DNA of 63,056 nucleotides, the filler included, from Psammoneis japonica (taxonomy: Eukaryota): assembly GCA_008632985.1 (NCBI GenBank). It is 4 parts of 4 records of this genome, joined end to end, with 100 filler letters (N's around TTAATTAATTAA, not from the genome) between each part and the next. Parts side by side here need not be neighbours in the genome. Positions count along the whole stretch, not along the records: positions 1 to 23,990 come from QPGO01000244.1; positions 24,091 to 48,050 come from QPGO01000274.1; 2 more parts are not named here. One strand, 5' to 3'. Below are positions 13,544 to 24,386 of the stretch, piece after piece; the first letter of the stretch is position 1, and every line of letters starts with the position of its first letter. A program made the position numbers and the translations under genes. Under the pieces are notes generated by a model that saw only the letters and a program-made list of their open reading frames with translations, searched no databases and was not told the DNA's origin.

Positions 13544-13905
13544 TGTGGGTTTACGGCAGTCTATGCCGTAGAGATAGAAATGGCAACAACAGACAATTTG
13601 GGAGGTGCGAATTGACCAGTCGCTAAATTGTGAGAACAAAAACCACTCTGCTCGACAACCAACGAGAGTTTGCAAAGAACAAGAAGTGACCCGTATTTGC
13701 ACCGGACTCAACACAGATGAACGTGGTGTAAAGACTTATCAGGAACGAGAAGTTCTTGATTGCATAAAAGAAGAACAGAAGTGAGGCTCAATTCTCGATT
13801 TGAACCCTGGACCTCCGACCTCATTCGTTTCTCGATCTGTGATTGGGTGAGGAGTCGTTGATGGTGGTTGATGGCGGTTTCTGAGCGGTCATTGTCACTG
13901 ACACA
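13544..13905 (-). repeat. 5' LTR of the copia element, outer end truncated
   Basis: Aligns with 7490-7863 but lacks the outer ~20-25 nt and has internal indels. No target-site duplication identified. Confidence 0.88.
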
Positions 13906-13970
13906 ACGGGCTTGATAAGCTCAAGGTAAACATCGCAGAGATCGTCGATCCAGAGAGAATACGCAGCCTG

Positions 13971-14653
13971 TTGAGCATCTCCAAACTTCGTCAACATTTG
14001 GAGGGTTACTTGAAGAATTGTGACCTTGATTATCTCGAGAACTTGTGGGAATCGTTACGGCAAGATGTTGACAAGCTAGACCATGGGCAAAGGGAAGATG
14101 TGTTTCCTGTGACGTGTGACAAACCAAAGTGGGATTTTGACTTTGTAACCAATGTCAAGTACATGGTCACAACGATGGTCAACAGTGACCTCAAGGCCAC
14201 GGCACTCAAGAAGCTTCAAGGACAAATGTGGAAGGTTGGGTATGATTCGGGTCTAACCAAGGGATACATTTATGCCGACTTTGTTCCATTCTTGCAACAG
14301 TGCAAGTCCCACGGCATTTCCGTGAATATCTATTCGTCGGGTAGCATTCAGGCCCAAAAGCTCCTCTTTGGCACTCCATCGAGGGAAATTTGTTGGAATA
14401 TTTGGACAATCACTTCGACACCACGTCGGGCAAAAAGATTGAAAGTAGCAGCTATAAAACCATTGCCAAGTCCATGGGTGTTGACCCTCGTGATATCATC
14501 TTTGTCAGCGATGCCGAAGGTGAATTGGTTGCGGCCAAGGAAGCGGGGATTGGCGTTCCCGTCATGAGCATCCGCCCCGGTAATGCGCCTCTCACGGAGG
14601 AGGGCAAGTCATTTCCAGCCATTTATTCTCTCTTGCAGTTGTGCGGGGCGTAA
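13971..14653 (+). pseudogene. ENOPH1: Enolase-phosphatase E1 (MtnC/ENOPH1, HAD family), 5'-truncated and frameshifted
   Basis: Motifs DLKATALKKLQGQMWKVGY, IYSSGSIQAQKLLFG, FDTTSGKKIESSSY, FVSDAEGELVAAKEAG and IRPGNAP. An apparent 1-nt deletion near 14371 splits the frame, and the N-terminal DIEGT motif is absent. TpA is retained. Confidence 0.85.
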
Positions 14654-15124
14654 AGAAGATGGAAAGTGGGTATTGATTTCACTGGGGGTATCATTGCTGG
14701 TGTCACCTATGACCTCTGTCATCTTAGATAGATTACTGTAAACTAGCCGAGATTCTTCATGTCAAGCGTCTCCATTAGTATGATTATGCCAGCAGGCGGA
14801 ATCGAAATGTCTAAAGGCGGAATCGAAATGTCTAAAGCAAAGCATTATTCTATCATTAATGTTGTCTAAACTCTCAAGTCGAGTCCATGTAGCGTGCATC
14901 TTGTCAATAAAGATGGAGGTTCTCAATGTTATATGGGGCATTTGGTTCTTTGTCTCCTCATTTTCTTTTCTGGCCCTTTCCATTCGTGATTTTGTGACCG
15001 AAAACGCCCAACGCGAAGAAAATTCAAACTCCTTCTATTATTGAGGGATGTTAATAGTAATGGCATCTGAAACTTATCAGTTTGTTACAGGTACTATGAA
15101 GATTGCATTGACACCTGAGGCCTC

Positions 15125-16240
15125 TCATACTTCACAAGTCTCTGTTAAACCAGTGTCCCATTCGTACTCCGCATCTCCCATCATCTCGGTAGCCAATTCA
15201 ATGGCGTTAGGGATTCGTTTCCACCGTGTACCTTTGGCCGCGAAATTCCAAATAATGGGCGCAACATGTTCAAGCTCATGGGCAAGTTGAAGATTTTGTT
15301 GTTTTAAGCGTCCTACGTATTGGCGAATGGATGCCTCACTGTTCAGAACTGCCAGGGGATCGTACGTGCTAAGACTCGCCACTACACGGAGGAGGCTGGC
15401 CTTCAGCTTTTCTGACCACGGAAACCCACAGTCAAATGGGGCTTTGTAATTGTAAAGCGCCCTGCCAACCACCAAGGGATCATTTCGGAGCTCCTCGGAT
15501 GCGTACTCTAAAGCGCTTCCTGTGCTGGACACAGCCTGTAACACAATTTCACGGTCTGCTTGGAGTTCTGCTGATGCAAATTGTAGAGCGGATCCATCGC
15601 TAGAGACGGCATTTAGAACAATATCACGGTCCGCTTGGAGTTCTTTTGATACATGTCTTAGTACATAGCCATTGTAATGAGTAGCCTTGAGCGCTTTCTT
15701 GACCATCTCGCGATCGCCACGGAGCTCTGGTGATGCATGCTGGAGTGCAGCGCCACAGTTTGACACGGCTTGCGCAACAATTTCGGGGTCAGCCTTGAGC
15801 TCCGGAGAGGCATAGGCAAGTAGATCACCGTTGCGGGAAATGGCGTGTTGTACAATCTCCCTATCAGCACAGAGCTGTTTGGATGCATAGGCAAGTGCTG
15901 AGCCATCGCTGCAGGATACAGCATCCATTACGATCTCCCGGTTGGCCCCCCACCGTTCGGGGTCTCCCTCTAGAAGGTCGTAGGCGCTTGTAGTTCCTTT
16001 GCCTACTTCTACCATCGCCTCTGCCACCTTGTCGTTATTGTGACTTGACCGCATGCCGTTAACCAATGTCCTTGTGTTTGATGTCTTTGACTGATTACAG
16101 GGTGGTCGTATGTCCCTCGTTGTAGGCCCTAATTCCCTGCCATCTCCAGGGTTCTGCATCAAACGTGCGTTCACCAAACATGCACGACTCATCGAGGCAA
16201 GAACACGACTCATTTCCCAAGTGGCAAGTGACTCCCTCAT
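15125..16240 (-). CDS. DUF4116-type tandem-repeat protein
   Basis: About 7 repeats of 'AL(Q/A)(Y/F/H)ASxEL(K/R/Q)ADREIVxxAV'. Intact frame with normal Tyr use. Start codon uncertain. Confidence 0.8.
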   Translation of the reverse strand: MRESLATWEMSRVLASMSRACLVNARLMQNPGDGRELGPTTRDIRPPCNQSKTSNTRTLVNGMRSSHNNDKVAEAMVEVGKGTTSAYDLLEGDPERWGANREIVMDAVSCSDGSALAYASKQLCADREIVQHAISRNGDLLAYASPELKADPEIVAQAVSNCGAALQHASPELRGDREMVKKALKATHYNGYVLRHVSKELQADRDIVLNAVSSDGSALQFASAELQADREIVLQAVSSTGSALEYASEELRNDPLVVGRALYNYKAPFDCGFPWSEKLKASLLRVVASLSTYDPLAVLNSEASIRQYVGRLKQQNLQLAHELEHVAPIIWNFAAKGTRWKRIPNAIELATEMMGDAEYEWDTGLTETCEV

Positions 16241-16974
16241 TGTTGTTTGTCACCAATTGCTCTTTCCCGCCAGGCAAATAATAATCTTGAAGGTGATAAT
16301 GGCAGCGGCGGCGATTTCACCAATGCTGGTTTGATTGTGGGATTGGTGGTGGCGGTTCTCGCACCAGCCGCGGTGGGTTTCTTTGCTTGGCGGAGACTGC
16401 GAAACAAGCCCACAGAACGAGATGAAGATTTTGCCGAAAAGGATTCTTTGGAAATGAATCACATGGAACATGCGAAAGTTGTCGAAATGCCAGATGATGA
16501 TTCCTCCTCCTTTACGGCAGCACACGATTCGGTCGAATTGCAGTTCGATGTCAATTCCTGCAGTTTGAGCAGTGCCGACAACTGCTCACAGCCTCGCATC
16601 CGACGAACCACCACTCCGCTGACCAAATTGCCCATGAGTTGAAGTGAAATGGCTGCAAACCGAAGCCGTGATGACAAAGATTTGGATGACGATGCCGCCA
16701 ACTGTTCCTTTTGCAATGTGGGTGGCAGCGATGAGTTGCGCGTGGCGCACCCATGTTGAAGACGGATCCATTCTTGCCAATCGACGATGATGATGACATG
16801 CCATTGGCAAGAACGCAATCCAGCAGAAGCAATGAAAGCAAGTGTCCACTCTCAATGATGAGCCAAGGTTGAGGTGGTGCAGTGAGGTCTGTTCCCATGG
16901 CTGATGCTGCGGCTTTCGCACCTGCGCCGCAACAACTGCAGCAGCTGCTGCAAGCAGTGTCACCAATTGCTAGG

Positions 16975-17205
16975 ATCGACTGCAATCAGCCTCACTTTGA
17001 TTGCAATCGCTGTTGCAAACTCGATTGCAATGACCTGATTGTCGGGAAAGAGCCAAGGTCGCAATGACAATTGACTGTTGCAATTGATTGCAATCGAAAT
17101 TCGAGCTCATTTTACAGCTAAAATGAGCAAAACAGCTCGATTTCTTGCTGTTCAACAGCGATGCAATCGACTGATTGCAATCTGATTGCTGCAGAAAACT
17201 TTGCA
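16975..17205. repeat. Cluster of palindromic GATTGCAATC-type motifs
   Basis: Several perfect or near-perfect (GA)TTGCAAT(C) copies within ~230 bp. Confidence 0.6.
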
Positions 17206-18429
17206 ACTAGTTAACCCTGGCTGCAAGAGCCAACAAGATCTGCCAGCTCTGCACCAATGGTGCTGACAACTCAAACTTGGCAGGCTCTGTCACCGATTCA
17301 CCCCAAATTGAATGGTTTGGATTGCTCTCCAATGGCAGAGACGTGCTTGCTCCAGGGGAAGGCACTGACCCATCCTGTTCTTGCTGTGTTTCCTTTGTTT
17401 CACTCAACTGAGAATCACCAAGAACAGACACATCTTGAAGCATCTCTTCTGAATCACCCAATGTCACAGAATCAGGCAGCCTTCCTTCTTCAACAGAAGA
17501 TGAGTCATCTGACAACTCCTCCAGGGGAGACGAATCGGGTGGCATGGTCAAGATGGCTGACACAACTTTGCATCTTAAAGAACAACAATGACAAGATTGC
17601 ACACCAATTCTCACAACAGCACTTTGGCAGCCATCTATGATCTAAAGGCATTCGTTGAAAAAGTCTCAAAAGGATCATCAGCTGGAGTGGTGGCATTTCC
17701 TTGCACCATTTTTATTTCACCCCCCATTGATTGCCCTGCCCAGCCGGAGGACCACTCCCCATTGGCATCTGAGGAAAGCCAAAACCATCCTGAGGCGGCA
17801 TCATGTTGCCATTGGGCTGCACCATGGGTTTCATTTGATGTTGTTGAGCACCCATGTTTGTGGGAAAGCAGCCGGAATTCTGGGATTCATCTGCACTTTC
17901 AGTGATTGAAAGCTGCAATTGCAACACAACAATCAATCAGCAACTTTGTTGCACCAAAAGTTGACAGGTGACAATCAGTGTGTTGGAAAGATTGTGAGCA
18001 GTTTTTATGAGCAGATGCAGCTGCTGTCTAAAAGAAATGCAAAGTCAAACAAGTGCGAAGCTGAGATTGAACATCGCATTTGTGATTCTGAATTGCGCGG
18101 GACTTGAGACTGAACATCATGTCGCGGTTTTGAATCCTGGATCTCGGATTTAAATCATGGAGGTCCGATGTTGTTGCAAACATGCAAGTGTGGATGTGCT
18201 GTCACAAAGTTGCCATTCTGCATCATCATGTTGGGGTTCATGCCAGTGGGCATTGCTCCTCCTCCGCCCATCATCATGTTGTTGTTTTGCATCATCATCA
18301 TCATGTTTTGTTGCTGCTGCATCATGGCCAGATTCATGTTGTTCAAACCAGCTTGCTTGGATGGGCATGTCATGTCCACCTTGGTTCAGCAAAAAACTGC
18401 TGTTCCCTGCAAAAAGACGCATGCACGGT

Positions 18430-18891
18430 GCGGTGGATGACTGGCAGACAAGCATTGATGTGGTTGTGTTCAAGGGGGGGCAATCTTGCATTGATGCAAA
18501 CAACAAGCTTGGGTCGTTCATCATTTCTGGGGTCCAGTGGCCACGAGTGGGGGAACCAAAAGTGGACGTTGCCTTTTCCCTGGACACCAATGGTGTTCTC
18601 AATGTGTTGGCTCATGATCAAGTCATGGGTGCTGAGGCAAATGCAACCATCAAGGAGGAAAAAGGGCGCCTCAGCAAAGAAGAAATCGAAAGGATGATTG
18701 CCAATGCGGAGAGATGCAGGGCACAAGAAGACCAAGTGCTGGCTGCCAAAACCTCACACAAGAATGCATTGGAAGAGACACTGTTCATGGCTCAGTCCAA
18801 AGCCATCAGTGATGATGACATGAGGGAATTGGAAGTTTTGATGGACTGGATTGAACTGGACACAGTGATTCTGCCACTTTGGAAGAAATGA
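18430..18891 (+). pseudogene. HSP70: HSP70 C-terminal (substrate-binding/lid) gene fragment
   Basis: 'ANNKLGSFIISGV...GEPKVDVAFSLDTNGVLNVLAHD...KGRLSKEEIERMIANAERC...KNALEE'. No ATPase domain. TpA-depleted. Confidence 0.88.
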
Positions 18892-19339
18892 AGGAAAGGG
18901 GCAAGGTTTTGGAAGACAGATTTGGTCTCATTGTGTCGGCCCAATTTAGTTGAATTTCTGCCTTTTGATCTCACATCCTGCAAGGACACAGAATGCAAAA
19001 TGTTGCCAAAGTGGATCTGACGCACTTTCACAAGAAACAGTCAATGTTGAGTGTCACCATGACTCAGCCACTTTGCAACAGATGAAATTGCTGATCCAAC
19101 TCCATGCAGTGTGGAGAGAGCATCAATGTCCCTCATGAATGACTCCCAAACAAACGGAGCATCAGCATGGGTGCCACCACAGTTGCTGTCCCATCCGCAT
19201 CGCTCACGTTCTGCTGCAATTGTTGCAGTGCCAGTTGCAACACTTGACATGACAGACAACAGATTTTGTTAGAATGAGCAACAGAGACAATTGAAAAGAG
19301 CATGGCACACACACATGAACATTTGTTCATACATGCCTT

Positions 19340-19690
19340 GTTCCCAATGCGGACTCTGACTGGCCACACTTGGAATGAAAACCATCAAGTGTGCCAGATC
19401 CAATGCAGCAAAGGCTTGAGAGGGTGACCAATGTTGCAACACCCCCAAAATGAGATCCAATTCCTCTTTAGAAATCAAGGCTGAATGTCTTTGATTTGTG
19501 GCCACCAGAGTTTCCACAAGGCTGTCCAAAATGGAGAAATCAATCTTGTGACTCTCGTCTTGAGCATTGTTGAATTCAAGCAGCTTTGCCTTCATTTTGT
19601 CCATGGCAGCAACAGCATTCTTTTCTGCCAAACCAAATGACTTGTGTCCCTTGAAAATGGCAAATGCTCCAACAACAGTGCAGGCGCAGC
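19340..19690 (-). pseudogene. PUL-domain (PLAA/Doa1-like) gene fragment
   Basis: 'KMKAKLLEFN...ILGVLQHWSPSQAFAALDLAHLMV' resembles the PUL signature KL.EFN...W....FP.LDL.RL. Confidence 0.55.
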
Positions 19691-20488
19691 TGATGGCAGC
19701 ACTTCTCCAAGAGTCAGTGCAGCATGTCCAATGCACTGTTGGGTGCAAGCAGCCACATCCCGCCAAGTGGTGCTGTGGCAAAACGTGATCATCCAAGCAA
19801 GCGCTGTGCTGCCATGAATGGATTTTTGCCATTGTTGTGACCAATCTGCAGTTTGGCCAATCCACAGTCGGGTGTGTCCACCTCAATCGGAAGGATGTGA
19901 TTCCAAGAAAAGGGCCACAATCATGGGTTCCTGTGGCATCGCTGTCTCCACCAGCAGTTGACTCATTTTTCAGATTGATGAATCATCAATCCAAGGCAAG
20001 GGGCCCTTGTTGGTCAGCTCCAGTGGAGCCCAAAGAACCGCCACCTGGAGGCTGTTGGCAACAGTGCATCAGTCAGGCACGGGGCAATCACCGCCATGTT
20101 TCACAGGAAAAAAACAGCTGCTGTAAAATGAGACAATGTTTTTTTTTGCAAATGCATGTGATTCATGGAAAAACACTCAAACGGCTTGAGCACGAACTCA
20201 CTGTGCATCACAACACGCTGACCACCACAGCAAAATTTGTGACAAACAAGCCCTTTGGGGGGCAGATGCACTCAGGCCCTGCTTTTCATGTGGCTGAAAA
20301 CAAAAGGGCAATGAGTCCTCAAATGACAGAGAGTCATTTGCACATCACAAGGGCCGTTTTACGAGCTCCCAACCCCATCACAACTCTCATTTACGTCAAT
20401 GCCAAATGCTTCATGCATTGCAACATACGAACTCTTGTACAACCCAGAGACCCGTCACAAACCCTCGCATGCTTGTGACCAATTTTAA

Positions 20489-20527
20489 CACTCAGTCACT
20501 CACTCACTCACTCACTCAGTCAGTCAC
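20489..20527 (+). repeat. (CACT)n/(CAGT)n tetranucleotide microsatellite
   Basis: cactcagtcactcactcactcactcactcagtcagtcac. Confidence 0.85.
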
Positions 20528-21899
20528 AAATGAAACTTTTACATCACTTGCCCAGGGTGGTCAGTGATTCCAAATCCCACCACACAATTGCCACATGGTG
20601 AGCCAAGAAACAACCCTTGTCGCCCTCCAAGATTGTCTTTGCAATGCGGGCAATGTCCTCTGGTGCAATTCAAGGTGCAGGCATTCTTTCCACTTTGATC
20701 AAGAAAAGACACGATGCACAAGAAATGACAAAAAATCCTCATTTTCAAAGGAAATTGCCTTCTCGTGACAGCAACAACTCATGCCGGCGCACCACAAGAT
20801 TTCAACAAAAATGACCTTTTTGGACATGATTGCACCACCTTTCCTCACAAACAAAACATCGTGTGGCTCATCACAATGACACAATCCAACTGGTTTGTTG
20901 TTTTGCATGATCACTTTGCAGACCTGCGGTTGTTGAAACAGCAGCATTTGCTCATTTGAAGCAAAAAAATGAAGCACTCAGAGACCTTGCATGTGCTTTC
21001 ATCATGAAAAAATGCGAGCCATTTGTCTCAGCAAATTAATTTGCGATTTGCAAATTTTGTGTTTCAGCAGCATGGAGGCTGCACAGCTAAGTTTTCAAGA
21101 ATGAATGGCATTTCAGCCATTGTTGTGTTGTTTGCACAGTGAGCGCCGAATGTGTTGGGATGTTTTTCCACAATTGCATCACAAAAAATTAAAAGATTGG
21201 TTGTTTTTGACACTTTTTACAAATGCATGTCAAAAAAAACATGGGAGTTCCTGCCTTCAACTGTTGTGTGTCATGTTGTGTTGATGATTGACAAACGTGC
21301 TATGGCTGCATCTGATTTGAGCTCAGGGGCACACTGCAAACAATGGCTGTTTGTGTGCACATCTGCCTCCACTGCTCTTCATCTCACTCACTCCGCAAAT
21401 CCAAGATTGCTGGACACTTCTGCCCTCTGCTCCCCACTTTTTAAAGTGTGCACATCTGTGAGAGAGTGACCCACCATCTGTGCAGGAACAACCCTCTCCA
21501 CTGACAAATTCCCACACTGGGAGAATCAAAAGCCTGGCAAAAACAGGCTGGAGATCTTCTGGTGCAAAAGAGAAGCACACACACAGCACTGGTGAGAGCT
21601 GCAGCTGCCAGATGGACAGCAAAAGAGGAGAAACAATGAATCCGTTTCAGTGCCTGACACCAAACAACTGCCAACTCATGAAGCCAACCAAAGAGCATGC
21701 CCCACGTGCAGCGCCATCTCTCTCACACACTCTCCAGCTCTTCAGCCACCACCACATTGTGCACAAAACAAAAATGTCCAAGATTCTTCAGAGCCCCCAG
21801 ATCAGAGTGCGGGGCCCACATGGCAAGTGCACTGGCTTCACAAAGATGTGGCATTTGATTTCAAAAAACTGCCTTCAATGAGTCACCTTCTTGTCAAGG

Positions 21900-22620
21900 A
21901 GTGGCATTGCAAAGGCATGTGCAAACAATGGCACCCATCAACTCCAGCCCCTTGGGTGGCTCCCTGCAATGGGCTGCAGCGCAGCTGTCATGTGTCTTGT
22001 CTCTCTCTGGCTTCCGCAAGGCACCCCATGAAGGTCACCTGGATTATGCCAAATGTGTCTGTGGATGCTTGTCCAAGATGTGACATGGTGCCCTGCATGT
22101 GTGCACCAAGGAACCTGACTGTTCAGACCTCCCCAAGCCTGTGTGTGACTGGGCTCAAACCGTGCCCTAAAGATGTGCCTGAGCCTCTTGGCAAGTTCAT
22201 CACCATGACCCATTGTTTTTATGCAAACTTGTTCCATTGCATGCTCGCTGGTCATTCTGTCACAGGCATCATTCATTTCCTCAAAAAGTTTCCAGCTGAT
22301 TGGTTCTCCAAGAAACAAGCCACAGTCAAGACTCCAACTTGTGGATCTGAATTTGTTGCTGCTGGGATGTGTGTTGATCAGATCATCAATCTGTGCATCA
22401 TGCTGCATCACCTTGGCATCCCAATCCATGACACATGTCACATGTTCCAAAGGTCCCCATGGCCTCACTGACATCCTCAGCAAACACTGGGGTTGCTCCC
22501 AGGTTTGGAACCTTCTCTGTCCTCTCATGTTTTGGAGCTTTGATCCTGAGGCCTTCAGTCAATCTGACTTTGAATCCATCTCTGTGGACTCCTCAAGCAA
22601 ATGGGAGAGTGACAGGGTGA
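21900..22620 (+). mobile_element. Degenerate copia RT/RNase H 3' fragment (second lineage)
   Basis: 'LSGFRKAPHEGHL', 'HSVTGIIHFLKKFPADWFSKKQATVKTPTCGSEFVAA' and 'ILSKHWGCSQVW', followed by a purine tract (aaatgggagag) and TG. Confidence 0.88.
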
Positions 22621-23990
22621 CAGGATTTGAACAAGTTCTGTGCGCAATGTGCAACGCAGTTTGCTTTTGAGCCACTCGGCTCACAAGAATGACAACAGCA
22701 GCACCAACATCTCAACACCGGTCTGCATGGAGACTCATCTGCCATCATTGAGACAGCAGCAAGGAGTTGTCATTGTCTTCCACTCATTTCATCTTCAATT
22801 TCTGTCATTTCTTTGGGTTTTTCTGTGACCGCTGCCTCTTGTTTTTCTCTTGTGGTGCCAAATTCATCTCATCAGATGATGATGATGACCCCCTGTCAGA
22901 AGTTGATTCTGGGCAAGTGGGCATGAGTTTTGTTCCCACTGTTGCTGAAAAGTCAATCACTGCTTTGATGGTCAAATTAAATGGATCTGATGAGCTGTTG
23001 TCAAGCAATGCTGCTGTTTTTGCTGCTTTGACAGAGGTCTTGTTGATGTCGTCATGCAACTGTGGAAATCCCAAATTTGCTTCCATGGCTTCTGACTCAT
23101 TTTCCAGTGTGGCCCATTTCTTCAAAGGAGTCATGGGAGGAGCCTTTTTGAGGTCCAGTTGTTCTGGGTTGCATGGCTCCTCCCCCAGCAGATCATTGCA
23201 CACAGAGCATGCAATCGCCTTGACAAAGCCCCCCGCCAACCTGGTGGCTGTTCTCACATCCTCTTCTGTGCTCATGCAAGGAGTGGCTTCTTGCAGTGCT
23301 GTTTGGCTGAACACCCCCTTGCATGGTTTCCACCAACAGTGATCATTGTCATGATGCACGATGTCATGCCCCTCATCTTGCCCACTCCTCTAACCCAGCA
23401 CTTTGCCTGGTGTTCCATGATGGGAGCAACAGCCAATCTTGGGGGGCTGCCACATGCCCAACAATCTTTCTGCAGGAAGAGGCATGAAAGTTTCAATCAA
23501 TCCAAAGAGGTGTCAACAGTCTTGCCCACTGTTGCAGCTTGGGCCAGAAAAATGTGGCTCTTGCGGCATGGCAGCACATTTGACACAGGTGGGCTCTCTT
23601 TCCAATGTGGGGGGGGGGTTCAAACAGCAGGTCAAAATGTGAGTTTTTCCTTTGTGCCAGGTTGGCCAAACTGGAGCTTTCTGATTGACTTGTCATCCAA
23701 TGTCCTTGCCTGATGCAGGCCATTTCTTTGTTCTGTTGTTCTCACAAAAGCTCAAACCGGTCGTTTTGGGTTGTCCGGCAGGAGGAGACTTGGCGCACCC
23801 TGTCGAGAAAAAAGAGCCAGGCATTCGGGCCACCAGCTCATCTTGCAGCAGTGAGCTGAGAGCACAACGACAATCATGCTCTGCATCTGTGGGTGCAAGC
23901 AGATTCAACATGCTTTGTGTGTCTCTTATAACATCATGGCAAAGGACGACACCATTTTTGTTTGTTCTCTTCACGGTTGCGTCCGAATCT

Positions 23991-24090
23991 NNNNNNNNNN
24001 NNNNNNNNNNNNNNNNNNNNNNNNNNNNNNNNNNTTAATTAATTAANNNNNNNNNNNNNNNNNNNNNNNNNNNNNNNNNNNNNNNNNNNN
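23991..24090. other. Artificial contig linker
   Basis: N-run + TTAATTAATTAA (stops in all six frames) + N-run, 100 nt total. Confidence 0.97.
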
Positions 24091-24386
24091 GGGGACTGGG
24101 AAAGGGGTCGTTTGGCAGTCTGTGCTGGACAGGGCTTCCCAAGGACTTTCACCCTTGCTTGTGAGGCTCCTCGTCAAAGCAAAGGAGCTTTGCACGGAGC
24201 ACCATTGCATGGTGGCTCCCGAACAACTTGTCAGTGTGGTTGAACAAGGTCTGTGTGACTTCATTGCACAGTGACTCTAATGCACTTAAAATTGATCAAA
24301 TTGATGTCACATTTGTCATGCAAATTTTTCTAGAAAACTTTGTTTGGGTGGCAACGAGACGATCGCATCAGTTGCACCACTGTCAC

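Larger units (their letters stand above)
7490..13905 (-). mobile_element. Near full-length, inactivated Ty1/copia (CoDi-like) LTR retrotransposon
   Basis: Two LTR copies flank gag and pol in PR-INT-RT-RH order on the minus strand. A polypurine tract (minus-strand GAGGGAG, 7864-7870) abuts the TG start of the 3' LTR. Many frameshifts. Confidence 0.95.

Noticed and set aside
23991..24090. TTAATTAATTAA inside N-runs (also at 48051-48150 and 59240-59339) as a biological motif
   Set aside because: Identical 100-nt six-frame-stop spacer used to concatenate contigs. No linkage is inferred across it.
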